From a virus (taxonomy: Duplodnaviria; Caudoviricetes): a stretch of DNA of 64,000 bases. How positions within the stretch are numbered: the first letter of the stretch is position 1; every line of letters starts with the position of its first letter. A program made the position numbers and the translations under genes. The stretch is taken from positions 10,656-74,655 of IMG/VR virus record IMGVR_UViG_3300022746_000020; one strand, 5' to 3'. Below the pieces are notes generated by a model. It was not told the origin of the DNA. It worked only from the letters and a program-made list of their open reading frames with translations, and searched no databases. Positions 1-10,442 of the stretch are shown here, in pieces.

Positions 1-3000
1 ATCAGCGTTGTTGATGGCGGTACGTTGTACTCTAACAGCGACGTTGTTGGGTTCGTAAGCAATACTGGATCCGGTGCAAGTGCTCAAATTATCACGTATG
101 CTAACGGTACAATCCGTAGTGTGAATGTCGTTGAGCGAGGAATCGGCTACACTACGATTCCAGACATCACCATCACGTCTACGAATGGTGCTGGCGCTGT
201 ATTGAACGTGGTCAACTACCTTGCTCAAGTGCAGGTTGCTAATAGCGTATATACTGCACCAGTTGGCCGCGGTACTGCTATCAAGACGTCCGATGGTGTT
301 ATATACCAAAAAGGTCACTTCATCCGCGTCGCTGCACATGAAACGATTCTTTCGAAATATGATACGACACCTAATAACGTTGCAGTTGGTTTCGTTACTA
401 GCGAAGCTGTTGTTAACAGCAACTCTGATCAAACATTGCTTGACAATGCTGGTGGCACCACTAACTATACAGCTCCAGGCGCAGACCGTCTCAAGTTGAC
501 AGCTAACCTAGTCGCATTGTCTGTAGCTAATGCGGCAAGCAATAACGAATTCTTGACGTTATATGAATACCAAGATGGTCGCGTCATAAAGGACCGCACA
601 TTTACACAATACAACTCGATCAACAAAGAGTTGGCTCGTCGTACATATGAAGAGTCAGGTAACTACGTCGTTAACCCATTTACATTGTATTCTGAATCAA
701 TCGCAAGCAACACAACTCATCTAAGTATGGTTGTTGGTGCTGGTGTTGGCTACGTTGAAGGCGGTCGTGTTGAGATTATGAACAACACACGCTACCCTAT
801 CCGCAAGGCTACAGATACAGCAACAGATACAACACAAACCATCGCTACCAACTATGGCGGCTATGTGTTGGTGAAAGAACTGATGGGCAACTTTGATGTA
901 AAGAATGCATCTACCGTCACTCTGTACAATGACCCATCTGCCCCACTCGGCCGTCTCGCAATCAGCGCTGGCAATGGCATTGGAGCACCGTCTGGAGGCG
1001 TCCAAATCGGCACAGCTCGTGTGCGTTCATTGGCATACGATTCTGGAACCCCAGGATCTGCAGAGTGTACATATCGTATGTACCTGTTCGACGTACAAAT
1101 GTCGCCAGGATATGCCTTCAAAGATGTACGTACTGTATTGTATAACAGCACAGGTGTTGCAGACATTATTTGGGATTCGGCACTCGGCTATGCAGTGCAA
1201 TATGATGCCGATTTTGATCGTTTGATATTTGAAACTGGTACATTTGCCGTCCAACAGCTCGACAACGAAGTTGTAATCGATCGTACATCGAACAACACAG
1301 GTTCGTTTACGTTGTCTGGTGACTTGAGTATCTCGTTGGGTAGTGGCGTTCAGTTCCCATACGAAGCTAGCTCTACGCTGAATACTATTCAAGAGCGCGA
1401 TTTCATCGTTATCCCAAGCAGCGCGATGACTAAGTCATCGAATAATAGTGGTACTGTTACAGTCACGTCTGGCGCTAACACTGTGACGGGCACTGGTACG
1501 TTGTTTACTACAGAATATACTGTTGGTCAATATATCAAAGTCGGTAATACCAGCGTATCTGGCAACACTGCACTGATTACGCGCATCATCTCCAACACAT
1601 CGATACAGGTGTCTACAAACTGGGGTGCTTCGTGGACAGGCAACGCTCACCACACCACATATCCAGCTAACGTGCCTATCGATTTTGCACCAACCGGTCG
1701 TACAATCGCTACTGATTCTACACGTAGTGCGATTACAGTCTCTTTGGGTCACCCAATTACGGCGACTGCTGGCGCTACAGTCTACCACGATGCCGAGTTC
1801 GACTCTCCTGCTGTTCGTGTTAAGACAGCTAACACATATTATGTAAAGATTTCTAATACAGCGACTACTACATCAACACGTGGTCCATGGAGCTTAGGTA
1901 TTCCTGACGTAGTAGATTTGGTCGGCGTATATGTTGGCACAGGCACATCATACGCTAACACATCTACGACAAACTACCGTGACAGTTTTGTAATCGACAG
2001 TGGACAGACAGACAACTTCTACGGCCTATCTACATTGAAGATTCGCCCAGGTGCTTCTATTTCGCTGACGAACAAGAACCTGTTGGTCGTCGTTAAGGCG
2101 ATGACGCACGGCGTTGGTACATACATCTCTACAGAATCATATAGTGGTTCGATCGACGACACAACCAACCCATTGCCAAGCAACAAGATCAGAACTCAGG
2201 ACATCCCTGTGTTTGTATCACCAAAGACTGGTAAGGCATACGATCTTCGTAACGTGATTGACTTCCGTCCTATCTGTTCAAACACAGCTGTTATGGCCAC
2301 CGATGCTGCTACTGCAACAATCGATCCAAGCAGCACGGTGACGTTCGCTGCTACAGATAAGAAGTTCCCTTCACCAACAAGATCGTTCACTGGCTCGGTA
2401 ACATCATATCTTGCCCGCCGTGACAGAATTATCATCGACAAGGTTGGTTCTATCCGTATCGTTGAAGGTACTCCGTCCAACTCTCCATCTGTTCCAGTGG
2501 AACCAGAAGGATGTATGACGATCGGTGTTGTCAACGTACCACCATATCCAAGTCTATCTGCCAAAGACGCTGCCGATAGTGGCCGCCCAGACCTTGGCGT
2601 ATATGTGCTTCCACAACAAAACCGTAGATACACGATGAAGGATATTTCCGACATCGAAGGACGTATCAGCCGTTTGGAATACTATACTCTATTGAACACA
2701 TTGGAAACCAGCACCAAGCAAATGGTGCTGCCAGGTGAAGCAAACTCTTCGATTGAGCGCTTCAAGAACGGGTTCTTTGTAGATCCAATGACTGATTATA
2801 ACGTATCTAACCTTCAAGATCCTGAGTACAAGATCTTGATTGATACAGTTAGTGGCATTGCACGTCCATACTTCTCAGATGCTCGCGTCGACCTTCAATT
2901 CAACGAAGCAGCAAGCTCGAATGTCAGCAGACACGGCGACCACGTATTGCTCAATTACAGCAATACGACGATCATGTTGAGTCAGCCTACTGCTACCAAG

Positions 3001-6000
3001 GAGCGTACGCTCGTTGACCAGTATTGGAGATATGTTGGTAACTTGACAACAGTTCCTTCATTTGACAGCTACTACGATATTGCAAATACGTCCGTATCTG
3101 TCGTCATCGACTTGGCTTCTCCGCTGAACAGCCTTGCACAAGCTACGTCTGCAGCTCTTTCACAATTGAAAGTTAACACCAACGTACTCGGCTCTGTTAA
3201 TGCTGGAAGTTCATATTTGATCAGCCAATCTGGATTGACTCAAACATGGAGACAAGACGTCAACACTGCTCTCAATGATACTAAGGTAACATTGTCTGGT
3301 GGCGTTACAACTTCAAACGCAACGACAGTTGATATCTTGAATAGTTTGGAGCTGCAACAATACATTCGTGATCAACGCATCCATTTCGTGAGCACCGGCC
3401 TACGTCCAGGCGCACGTCACTGGGTATACTTTGATGGCGTGCAGATCTCCGACAGAGCAGCTCCTGCTCAAGTTGATCTGACATTATCACAATTGCTACC
3501 AACATCATTCGTCGCAACAGGAACAATCGGTTCTCCGTTAGTGGCTAATAGTTCTGGCGTGATTGCTGGCTATATCGACCTTCCAAAGTCGACATACTTC
3601 GTCGGTGAGCGCTCTGTTGTATTGATGGACGTTGATAATGTCGTATCAGAAGCTACTGCAACGTCGCGTGGCCTCGGTAAGTTTACTGCATATGCATTCT
3701 CTGGAAACAGAACAAATCTATCGATCTCTACTAAGACTATCGACGTGGCTGGCGGAAGCGGTTTCTCTGCAACAAACTACTTGTCTGCAACATACTATCG
3801 CAACGATCATACTGATTTCCATGTTCAGTTACCTAACCCAGACCCACTAGCACAGACATTCAAGGTGCAGTCGACTGGCGATCAAACTGATGGCATTTTT
3901 GTTACAAGCGTTGATGTGTTCTTCAAGGCAAAAGATGTTTCACAAGGTGTTACACTAGAGCTCCGTGAAACAGTGAATGGTGTTCCGGCATCTGTTATTG
4001 TTCCGTTCTCACGTGTATACAAGACAAGCAGTCAAGTATCAGTCAGTAACAACGCAACGGCTGCTACAACGTTTGAATTTGTAACTCCAGTATACCTAAG
4101 AGCAAATAGCGATTACGCTATCGTATTGTATCCTGATGCTAACACACCAGAATACCGCATCTACACTGCTCGCGTTGGTTACAAAGACTTGACAAATCCT
4201 AGCTTGACAGTCAACCAAAACTGGGGTCTTGGAACTCTGTTCTATTCGACGTCTGGTTCTGTATGGACACCTGTTCAAGACGAGGATTTGAAGTTCACTA
4301 TCAAACGTGCTGTATTCCAAAGCACTAATGGTACTGCTGTTCTCAACAACGGCGACTATGAATTCTTATCAATCAATGCTGCATCTGGTACTGTTCGTGG
4401 TGGCGAAGCTATTGCTCAGCTCCACCCAAGCAACTATCTGAATACAACGCTTATGACATCAACGGCGACTAACGTGATTGGTACTAGCACCAACATGACA
4501 TCGTCGCTTGCTGCTGGCGATAACGTATTGATCATCTATGGTAATAACCAAACAGTAAGTACTGGTAATGTTACTGTCAGCTCGACAATCGTAACGAACG
4601 CTGCTGGCCAAACAACATCGTTCAATACAGATTACAGCAACGGCAGCTTCATCAAGCTCGGTAGCTCGGCAAACGGTGAAATCCGTCAAGTTGTATCTGT
4701 TACAAACAGCTCGATGATGATTATCGATGCTCCGATCGTCGGCAACACGACAAGCACACAGCAATACCGTATCTCTCCTGTATTCCAGGTAGCAAAGGTA
4801 TTGGCTGCTAACTCGTCTACAATCACATTGAACAAGTCTGCATCGACTACCACGTCTGCTACTGTTCAAGCTACGATCCAAAAAGTCGTAGCAGGTACTG
4901 TTGACACATACGATTATGGCAACAACATCATCTACATCAACAACTCCTCGTCCGCAAACGACACATTCAAGTTCTTTACTTCGAATAGCACATATCGTGG
5001 AACGATTGTTGGCGATACTACACAAGCTACGGCTGAAGTTACTGGTATCAATAACATTAGTGTCAACTTCTTCAAACCATTCTTCAGCACGATCGTGACT
5101 CCTGGAACATCGTTGTCGTTGACGTCGACATTCACACTGCAAAATACAGGTGCTACTGATACGAAGTTGTATGAACTTGGAATGTTGAACAAATTGACGT
5201 TCAATGATAGCGCTATGATTAAGAGTCGTAGTAACGAGATCGTTGGTTCTGTTGTCAATAAGTCATTCTCTGTATCGATGAGCTACAGCACGTCTTCAAC
5301 AGACACATCTCCCGTACTCGACGTCAACCCTATCAGCGTAATCACTACACGCAACTTGATCAACGACTCTACCACAAACGAAACAACACGTTATGGTAGC
5401 GCATTGAGCAAGTATATCTCTAAGCGTCTTGCGCTGACAGAAGGTATGGATGCGGAAGACGTTAAAGTGTTCTTGACAGCATACAAGCCAACAGGTACCA
5501 ACATCGACGTTTATGCTAAGGTGTTGAACTTCAGCGATGGCGAACTGTTCGAGGATAAGGATTGGACATTGCTTGAGCAATCAACATCTCCATATATGTA
5601 CAGTGATTCGTTGAATGATCAAGACTATCGTGAGTATGAGTACACATTCCCACAAACTGCACCTTCGTTGCAACTAAGTGGTGTAGCTCAAACATACACT
5701 AACACCACAATCACGGGTATTGGTACAGCGTTCGATACGTACTTGGCTGCTGGCGATTTCATCAAGGTCGTCAAATCAAATACACTGACTGACTATGATA
5801 TGCTGCGCGTAGCTTCTGCTAACAGCAGCACAATCACAACAACGACAGATGTTTCATTCACATCGACTGGCTGTACAATTGAGAAAGTCACTCAGCCGAA
5901 AGCTGCGTTTAAATACTGCCGTAATAGCTACATTGTACGCTACCACGGTCTAACTGGTGCGGCATATGATACGTATAAGTATTTGGCTATCAAGATTGTA

Positions 6001-6069
6001 TTGAGATCTCCATACTCATACTTGGTACCAACAGTCAATGACGTTCGTGCACTCGCAGTATCGGTATGA
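1..6069 (+). CDS. Large baseplate-associated virion protein (VrlC/DUF4815-like), 5'-truncated by window edge
   Basis: Frame open from base 1; motifs NYTAPGADRLKL, LARRTYEESGNYVV, RYTMKDISDIEGRISRLEYY, RFKNGFFVD, DPLAQTF typical of this family in T4-like environmental phages. Confidence 0.75.
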   Translation: MSVVDGGTLYSNSDVVGFVSNTGSGASAQIITYANGTIRSVNVVERGIGYTTIPDITITSTNGAGAVLNVVNYLAQVQVANSVYTAPVGRGTAIKTSDGVIYQKGHFIRVAAHETILSKYDTTPNNVAVGFVTSEAVVNSNSDQTLLDNAGGTTNYTAPGADRLKLTANLVALSVANAASNNEFLTLYEYQDGRVIKDRTFTQYNSINKELARRTYEESGNYVVNPFTLYSESIASNTTHLSMVVGAGVGYVEGGRVEIMNNTRYPIRKATDTATDTTQTIATNYGGYVLVKELMGNFDVKNASTVTLYNDPSAPLGRLAISAGNGIGAPSGGVQIGTARVRSLAYDSGTPGSAECTYRMYLFDVQMSPGYAFKDVRTVLYNSTGVADIIWDSALGYAVQYDADFDRLIFETGTFAVQQLDNEVVIDRTSNNTGSFTLSGDLSISLGSGVQFPYEASSTLNTIQERDFIVIPSSAMTKSSNNSGTVTVTSGANTVTGTGTLFTTEYTVGQYIKVGNTSVSGNTALITRIISNTSIQVSTNWGASWTGNAHHTTYPANVPIDFAPTGRTIATDSTRSAITVSLGHPITATAGATVYHDAEFDSPAVRVKTANTYYVKISNTATTTSTRGPWSLGIPDVVDLVGVYVGTGTSYANTSTTNYRDSFVIDSGQTDNFYGLSTLKIRPGASISLTNKNLLVVVKAMTHGVGTYISTESYSGSIDDTTNPLPSNKIRTQDIPVFVSPKTGKAYDLRNVIDFRPICSNTAVMATDAATATIDPSSTVTFAATDKKFPSPTRSFTGSVTSYLARRDRIIIDKVGSIRIVEGTPSNSPSVPVEPEGCMTIGVVNVPPYPSLSAKDAADSGRPDLGVYVLPQQNRRYTMKDISDIEGRISRLEYYTLLNTLETSTKQMVLPGEANSSIERFKNGFFVDPMTDYNVSNLQDPEYKILIDTVSGIARPYFSDARVDLQFNEAASSNVSRHGDHVLLNYSNTTIMLSQPTATKERTLVDQYWRYVGNLTTVPSFDSYYDIANTSVSVVIDLASPLNSLAQATSAALSQLKVNTNVLGSVNAGSSYLISQSGLTQTWRQDVNTALNDTKVTLSGGVTTSNATTVDILNSLELQQYIRDQRIHFVSTGLRPGARHWVYFDGVQISDRAAPAQVDLTLSQLLPTSFVATGTIGSPLVANSSGVIAGYIDLPKSTYFVGERSVVLMDVDNVVSEATATSRGLGKFTAYAFSGNRTNLSISTKTIDVAGGSGFSATNYLSATYYRNDHTDFHVQLPNPDPLAQTFKVQSTGDQTDGIFVTSVDVFFKAKDVSQGVTLELRETVNGVPASVIVPFSRVYKTSSQVSVSNNATAATTFEFVTPVYLRANSDYAIVLYPDANTPEYRIYTARVGYKDLTNPSLTVNQNWGLGTLFYSTSGSVWTPVQDEDLKFTIKRAVFQSTNGTAVLNNGDYEFLSINAASGTVRGGEAIAQLHPSNYLNTTLMTSTATNVIGTSTNMTSSLAAGDNVLIIYGNNQTVSTGNVTVSSTIVTNAAGQTTSFNTDYSNGSFIKLGSSANGEIRQVVSVTNSSMMIIDAPIVGNTTSTQQYRISPVFQVAKVLAANSSTITLNKSASTTTSATVQATIQKVVAGTVDTYDYGNNIIYINNSSSANDTFKFFTSNSTYRGTIVGDTTQATAEVTGINNISVNFFKPFFSTIVTPGTSLSLTSTFTLQNTGATDTKLYELGMLNKLTFNDSAMIKSRSNEIVGSVVNKSFSVSMSYSTSSTDTSPVLDVNPISVITTRNLINDSTTNETTRYGSALSKYISKRLALTEGMDAEDVKVFLTAYKPTGTNIDVYAKVLNFSDGELFEDKDWTLLEQSTSPYMYSDSLNDQDYREYEYTFPQTAPSLQLSGVAQTYTNTTITGIGTAFDTYLAAGDFIKVVKSNTLTDYDMLRVASANSSTITTTTDVSFTSTGCTIEKVTQPKAAFKYCRNSYIVRYHGLTGAAYDTYKYLAIKIVLRSPYSYLVPTVNDVRALAVSV

Positions 6070-6284
6070 TATTACAAACTACCGATACTAACTTTGCGCG
6101 TGATACAGAGAGTCACGCGGTAATAAATACAAATACTACCGCGTACATGCTCTACAAACAACAGCGAGATAAGTCACGCACGATCGACGCTCTCGCTGAT
6201 GAAGTCAGCGATTTGAAGAATGACATCAGCGAAATAAAACAATTATTAGGACAATTGATTAAACATGCCTCTACTAATAGCTAA
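6066..6284 (+). CDS. Small conserved protein with C-terminal coiled coil
   Basis: ATGA overlap with upstream gene; RDTESHAVINTN..Y..Y..R followed by heptads (LADEVSDLKNDISEIKQLL). Confidence 0.7.
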   Translation: MILQTTDTNFARDTESHAVINTNTTAYMLYKQQRDKSRTIDALADEVSDLKNDISEIKQLLGQLIKHASTNS

Positions 6285-7068
6285 CGTAAACCCAACATCT
6301 GACACGTTTCAGTCTTGGGTAGATAAAACGAATCAGATCGCTGATGCTATGTCTACTGTTGTCCTTACGACAGCAGCTAACTCAGTTGGTGGACAGAATA
6401 GCGCAAACGCCTTCGTTAATGGCATCTTTGCAGCTCAGACGATGGTTGCAGTTGGAGAGTTGAGAGGCGGTGGTGTTACTTCGTCCGCCAACCTCATCAT
6501 TTCATCGAACGCACATTTTACTGGTGCCAACCTAAGCGCTGCAACCACATACCTTAACCTACAAGCAACTGCTACTCTTGCTAATACTACTACCCTGACA
6601 ATCAACGGAACGACTGCTAACGTCGCTTCCAATCTATATGTCAAAGGCACGTCGCTTACAGTCGTATCTACAGGCCGCGTTGGTATCAACACTGCAACGG
6701 CTGATGCTGCATTAACTGTGTCAGGAAGCGCTAACGTTTCTCAAGCGTTGTATGTTGGCACGACAACAACATTAAATGGTAACGTTGTTGCTACAGCTAA
6801 CGTTACATTATATAACGCAGCAAACAATACTCAAGGTATATTGTACTTCGGCAACACCGCAACACGATATATGCAATATGACGGCACTAAGTTCGTCATA
6901 GCGACAGCTAACCTTCAAGTAAATGGATACATCACTGCCAGTGGCATTACTACTGTAGGCAATACTGGTATTGATGGTGTAAACGTTGCTGCATTCAAAT
7001 CGACCTATGATGGTCGTACTATTTTAAAAGTATATGATGTAAATGGCACTCAGCTATTTTCAATGTAA
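6265..7068 (+). CDS. Short fibre-like virion protein
   Basis: N-terminal SDTFQSWVDKTN motif, beta-repeat body rich in AN/GN, RVGINT motif. Confidence 0.6.
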   Translation: MPLLIANVNPTSDTFQSWVDKTNQIADAMSTVVLTTAANSVGGQNSANAFVNGIFAAQTMVAVGELRGGGVTSSANLIISSNAHFTGANLSAATTYLNLQATATLANTTTLTINGTTANVASNLYVKGTSLTVVSTGRVGINTATADAALTVSGSANVSQALYVGTTTTLNGNVVATANVTLYNAANNTQGILYFGNTATRYMQYDGTKFVIATANLQVNGYITASGITTVGNTGIDGVNVAAFKSTYDGRTILKVYDVNGTQLFSM

Positions 7069-7078
7069 TTGGTGATAT

Positions 7079-8062
7079 ATGGGTAGACCGTTAAAGATTG
7101 ATGCATATGATGCGGGTAGCATTTCCTTGAAGGAGATGTCCAACGCCGACATATACAATGCTATTAGCTTTCATGTGCTCAAGGAGTTTGCTTCTAGTAG
7201 CAGCACTGGAAGCCTGGTAAGCCCTCAAGGCGGCGCTAGTAATATAGGTAGCTTTGTTGATGTGTACCGCACATCGGCTCCAGGCACACATGATGGTACC
7301 GCCGGATATTTGTCATCATCGACAATTACCGTTGCACAATTAACCGGAACGATAAGCGAGACGTTCACGCGTCCTATTGGATGGTCAACAACTTTGTCTG
7401 CTTTGCAGGAAATGTCTGATGATGATATCAACACGTATATTATCGATCCGGCGATCACAACAATGACCAATGGTGGACTTGGTTCTTACTACATCAGCTC
7501 CACTACTCCGAGCCATGTAGCTGGAGCCACGTGGACGCAAGTGTTCAGTATCAACGACTATGCATACACTGGTTCCAATGTAGGAACGACGTATGTGTGG
7601 CAGCTGACGAACTTGGCTACGCCAACTACACTTTACCCAATCAAGTGGAATAGTAGCAGCTCACTCCGCGAAATTGATCAAACAACAATCAAACTGTTGG
7701 TTCAACGTCTGCGTAACCGTATAATTAGCACTGGGCGAGGTACATACGCTATACAAGCAACAGCTCCTAGCTACGGCAGCTGGGCTCAGATGGGCGGTTC
7801 GTACACCGACACTCAACAAACAGCAGGCAACGTCGCATATACTGGCACGTATACCGGATCCTACACCGGTACATATGCTGGTACGTATTCTGGCACATAC
7901 AGTACATGGTATGGTAGCTCGCACAATGATTATACTGGCTACTACACTGGTTATTATACTGGGTATTATACAGGCAACTATACAGGTTACTACACAGGCC
8001 TGACAGTAGGAAATACAACAGAGACAGTCGGTTCCGTTGCATTATGGGTCCGCAGGAGTTAA
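7079..8062 (+). CDS. Putative virion protein with C-terminal Y-T-G-x tandem repeats
   Basis: 327 aa, S/T/G-rich, recurring L(K/Q/R)E(M/I) blocks, YTGx tract near C-terminus. Confidence 0.6.
   Translation: MGRPLKIDAYDAGSISLKEMSNADIYNAISFHVLKEFASSSSTGSLVSPQGGASNIGSFVDVYRTSAPGTHDGTAGYLSSSTITVAQLTGTISETFTRPIGWSTTLSALQEMSDDDINTYIIDPAITTMTNGGLGSYYISSTTPSHVAGATWTQVFSINDYAYTGSNVGTTYVWQLTNLATPTTLYPIKWNSSSSLREIDQTTIKLLVQRLRNRIISTGRGTYAIQATAPSYGSWAQMGGSYTDTQQTAGNVAYTGTYTGSYTGTYAGTYSGTYSTWYGSSHNDYTGYYTGYYTGYYTGNYTGYYTGLTVGNTTETVGSVALWVRRS
7838..7999 (+). repeat. Coding tetrapeptide repeat (Y-T-G-x), two blocks of six
   Basis: YTGT YTGS YTGT YAGT YSGT YSTW - YGSSHND - YTGY YTGY YTGY YTGN YTGY YTGL; 12-nt periodicity in DNA. 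Confidence 0.9.
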
Positions 8063-8065
8063 TAA

Positions 8066-8509
8066 ATGAAAACAATACAAGCAATTGAAAATCCAATTTG
8101 GCAGGACGTCTCGACAAAAGATCGCATCATGGCTCGCTTCGTGTATGATGATGGGAGCTCCAATGTCGTATCGTTTCCTGTAGACGAATCCAACGAAGAC
8201 TACCAAGTGTTCCTACAACACAGCTCGCACGAAGATACGGAAACTAATACAGAGAACGTCCGTGCCGAACAGGCAGTCGCACGTGAGAAGAATGTCGCTC
8301 AAAGTTCAGATAGAGCAGAGCAAAAGCGTGCTAATGTTCTCTTTAACGCCAAGATCGAAGCATTCGAGCACCCACTTGTACAAGCAGCGTCCAAGGCATG
8401 GAAGGCAAAAATTCGCAAAGCAACTACGACCGTTGAAGTTGTTGCTATTGTTGCAGCATTGATAATGATGAGTGGTGAGCCTGCAGATGAAGAGCCAGCA
8501 GCCGAGTAA
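8066..8509 (+). CDS. Hypothetical protein, probable partner/chaperone of upstream fibre gene
   Basis: 147 aa ORF 3 nt after upstream stop; helical C-terminal half (LFNAKIEAFE...KAKIRKA). Confidence 0.6.
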   Translation: MKTIQAIENPIWQDVSTKDRIMARFVYDDGSSNVVSFPVDESNEDYQVFLQHSSHEDTETNTENVRAEQAVAREKNVAQSSDRAEQKRANVLFNAKIEAFEHPLVQAASKAWKAKIRKATTTVEVVAIVAALIMMSGEPADEEPAAE

Positions 8510-9185
8510 TGGCTTTGTAGTAATAGCGTCTGTACACAAGAAGTATGTACTGTCTGCTGTCATTCTAGCAGAGTCCATACGCGAGCATTTCCCTGCAGCT
8601 AATATAACTCTATATGCGCCAGCAGAGTTGCTAGATGGTGCAGATCTCGATGCGTTTACTGATGTTGTTACAGACGGCGTTCCTAATGACCGTAGAGCTA
8701 AGTTGTGGGCCTTGAGTAGGACACCATATACGATTACGGCTTATCTTGATGCAGACACTGTGGTCGTGTCTCCAGAGATAGCTAACATATTTGACCAACT
8801 AAAAGACGATGATCTGATATTCACTAAGATCCGTCCATATAACTCCAACCGAAAAGGCTTCATTGAAGATCCAGAATACATTCGGCATGGCGGAGTATTC
8901 GTATATAACAATAAGCCTTCGACGATAAAGTTTATGGAGCAGTGGTGGATACTATGGTCGACCACAAGATATCAGGATGTATTTGCAGCGACGTATCCTG
9001 AATATCCAGCAAGAATGAAAGAGTGGGATCAGTTCTACCTATTCTATCTTATCAAGCATACAGACCATGGACTGAAGCTAGGATTCTTCGAAGAAGATGC
9101 TCGATGGAATTTCGTAACTGGGTATCATAAAGAGGAACTGAACGGCAAACCTCCGATTATTGAGCACTACACTATTAAATTATGA
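8472..9185 (+). CDS. Glycosyltransferase, GT-A fold (GT8-like)
   Basis: AKLWALSRTPY..TAYLDADT (DxD), GGVFVY, WDQF, RWNF, IIEHY; start may be ATG at 8487. Confidence 0.75.
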   Translation: MVSLQMKSQQPSNGFVVIASVHKKYVLSAVILAESIREHFPAANITLYAPAELLDGADLDAFTDVVTDGVPNDRRAKLWALSRTPYTITAYLDADTVVVSPEIANIFDQLKDDDLIFTKIRPYNSNRKGFIEDPEYIRHGGVFVYNNKPSTIKFMEQWWILWSTTRYQDVFAATYPEYPARMKEWDQFYLFYLIKHTDHGLKLGFFEEDARWNFVTGYHKEELNGKPPIIEHYTIKL

Positions 9186-9850
9186 TATTCGCTAACAAGC
9201 TTCCCAAACAATTATCTGATCAGCTGTATGACTTTAGCGATTGGTTCTTTAGCCAGTCACTACAAGACACAATAACTCCAAAGCCAAAGAACTTAGATAC
9301 TCAGTATGCTGTTAGCAATGAGTATCTTGAGTTGATGAAGGCAAGGCCAGACAATGTTGGGTATCCAGAAGAATGTTATGGTGCAGATTTCAAAGATGTT
9401 GGTGTGTATGATACAAACATATACCTCAATCGTGTGCAGCAGCTTGACAAAGCACTGATGAGTTTTACTGGTAGCCGTAGTAATGCTTTGAAGATGTACT
9501 ACCCTCCTGGTGGATATATCGGATGGCATAACAACGCAAATGCACCTGGTTATAATATCTTGTTTACGTATAGCGAAACCGGCGAAGGTGATTTTAGGTA
9601 CATACATCCTCAAACTGGCGAGCTAGTAATCATGCCCGATAAGAAGGGATGGAGCTGTAAAGTAGGATACTATGATGTCGTAGAGGGAGCTCCGTTATGG
9701 CACGCAGCCCATACTAATTGCAATAGATTAAACTGGGCTTACATTATTCATCCCATGCTATGGACAGACATGGCAGATGAATTAGGCATCGATCCGAACG
9801 GTATAAGGGAAATATTTGGTAAGGACCCATACAATGGTCAATCTAATTGA
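9182..9850 (+). CDS. 2OG-Fe(II)/cupin-type dioxygenase-like protein
   Basis: YYPPGGYIGWHNN ... LWHAA ... NRL: double-stranded beta-helix pattern with H-x-N...H...R. Confidence 0.6.
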   Translation: MIFANKLPKQLSDQLYDFSDWFFSQSLQDTITPKPKNLDTQYAVSNEYLELMKARPDNVGYPEECYGADFKDVGVYDTNIYLNRVQQLDKALMSFTGSRSNALKMYYPPGGYIGWHNNANAPGYNILFTYSETGEGDFRYIHPQTGELVIMPDKKGWSCKVGYYDVVEGAPLWHAAHTNCNRLNWAYIIHPMLWTDMADELGIDPNGIREIFGKDPYNGQSN

Positions 9851-10442
9851 CGCTAAAAAGGTCGGAGTATTCTGGTCAAGTGGTTTAGAGTCGACTCTAT
9901 TGCTACTGTTGTGCATTGACAAATATGGCAAGGACAATGTGTATGCATTTACACAAAAGACACCGTTTGATGATCCATTCATCGATGGCGTAAAGCACTA
10001 TCACTACTATGCTCAGCAGATGGCGGATGAAATGGATTTCGATAACCACTTTATCATTGAGTCGCCGACAAATTCCGTATACGTTAACAGACTACGAGAA
10101 GACACATATCATACTGCAATCAAGCTAGTACCGGACATCGACGTGCTGTATCTTGGTATCAATGAGGTTGTATATGGGAGACTAGCAGATCCAGAACACA
10201 AGAAAGCAGTGTTGGATAAGGTCGCAGAACTAGGATTAGTATCAATGCCCTTCTTGAATATGTCTAAGGCGCAAATCGTCGATCTTTATTACCAGTTGGG
10301 GTATGAGAAGTGGATTCCACTCACACGTTCGTGCGCCAAGAACATACCAACACATTGTGGTACGTGCACCAACTGTAAGGAACGCAAACTAGCATTTGAA
10401 ACAGCTGATAAGCTAGACCCCACTACTTACAAAACACTCTGA
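9834..10442 (+). CDS. QueC-like PP-loop ATPase (7-cyano-7-deazaguanine synthase family), divergent
   Basis: VFWSSGLEST (variant of SGGxDS), PFLNMSKAQIV, TRSC...HCGTCTNCKER zinc motif; ATG at 9834 chosen over TTG at 9816. Confidence 0.7.
   Translation: MVNLIDAKKVGVFWSSGLESTLLLLLCIDKYGKDNVYAFTQKTPFDDPFIDGVKHYHYYAQQMADEMDFDNHFIIESPTNSVYVNRLREDTYHTAIKLVPDIDVLYLGINEVVYGRLADPEHKKAVLDKVAELGLVSMPFLNMSKAQIVDLYYQLGYEKWIPLTRSCAKNIPTHCGTCTNCKERKLAFETADKLDPTTYKTL

Noticed and set aside
7838-7999. CRISPR array or non-coding tandem repeat
   Set aside because: 12-nt degenerate periodicity is in frame with wobble variation; no repeat-spacer structure seen here or elsewhere in the window
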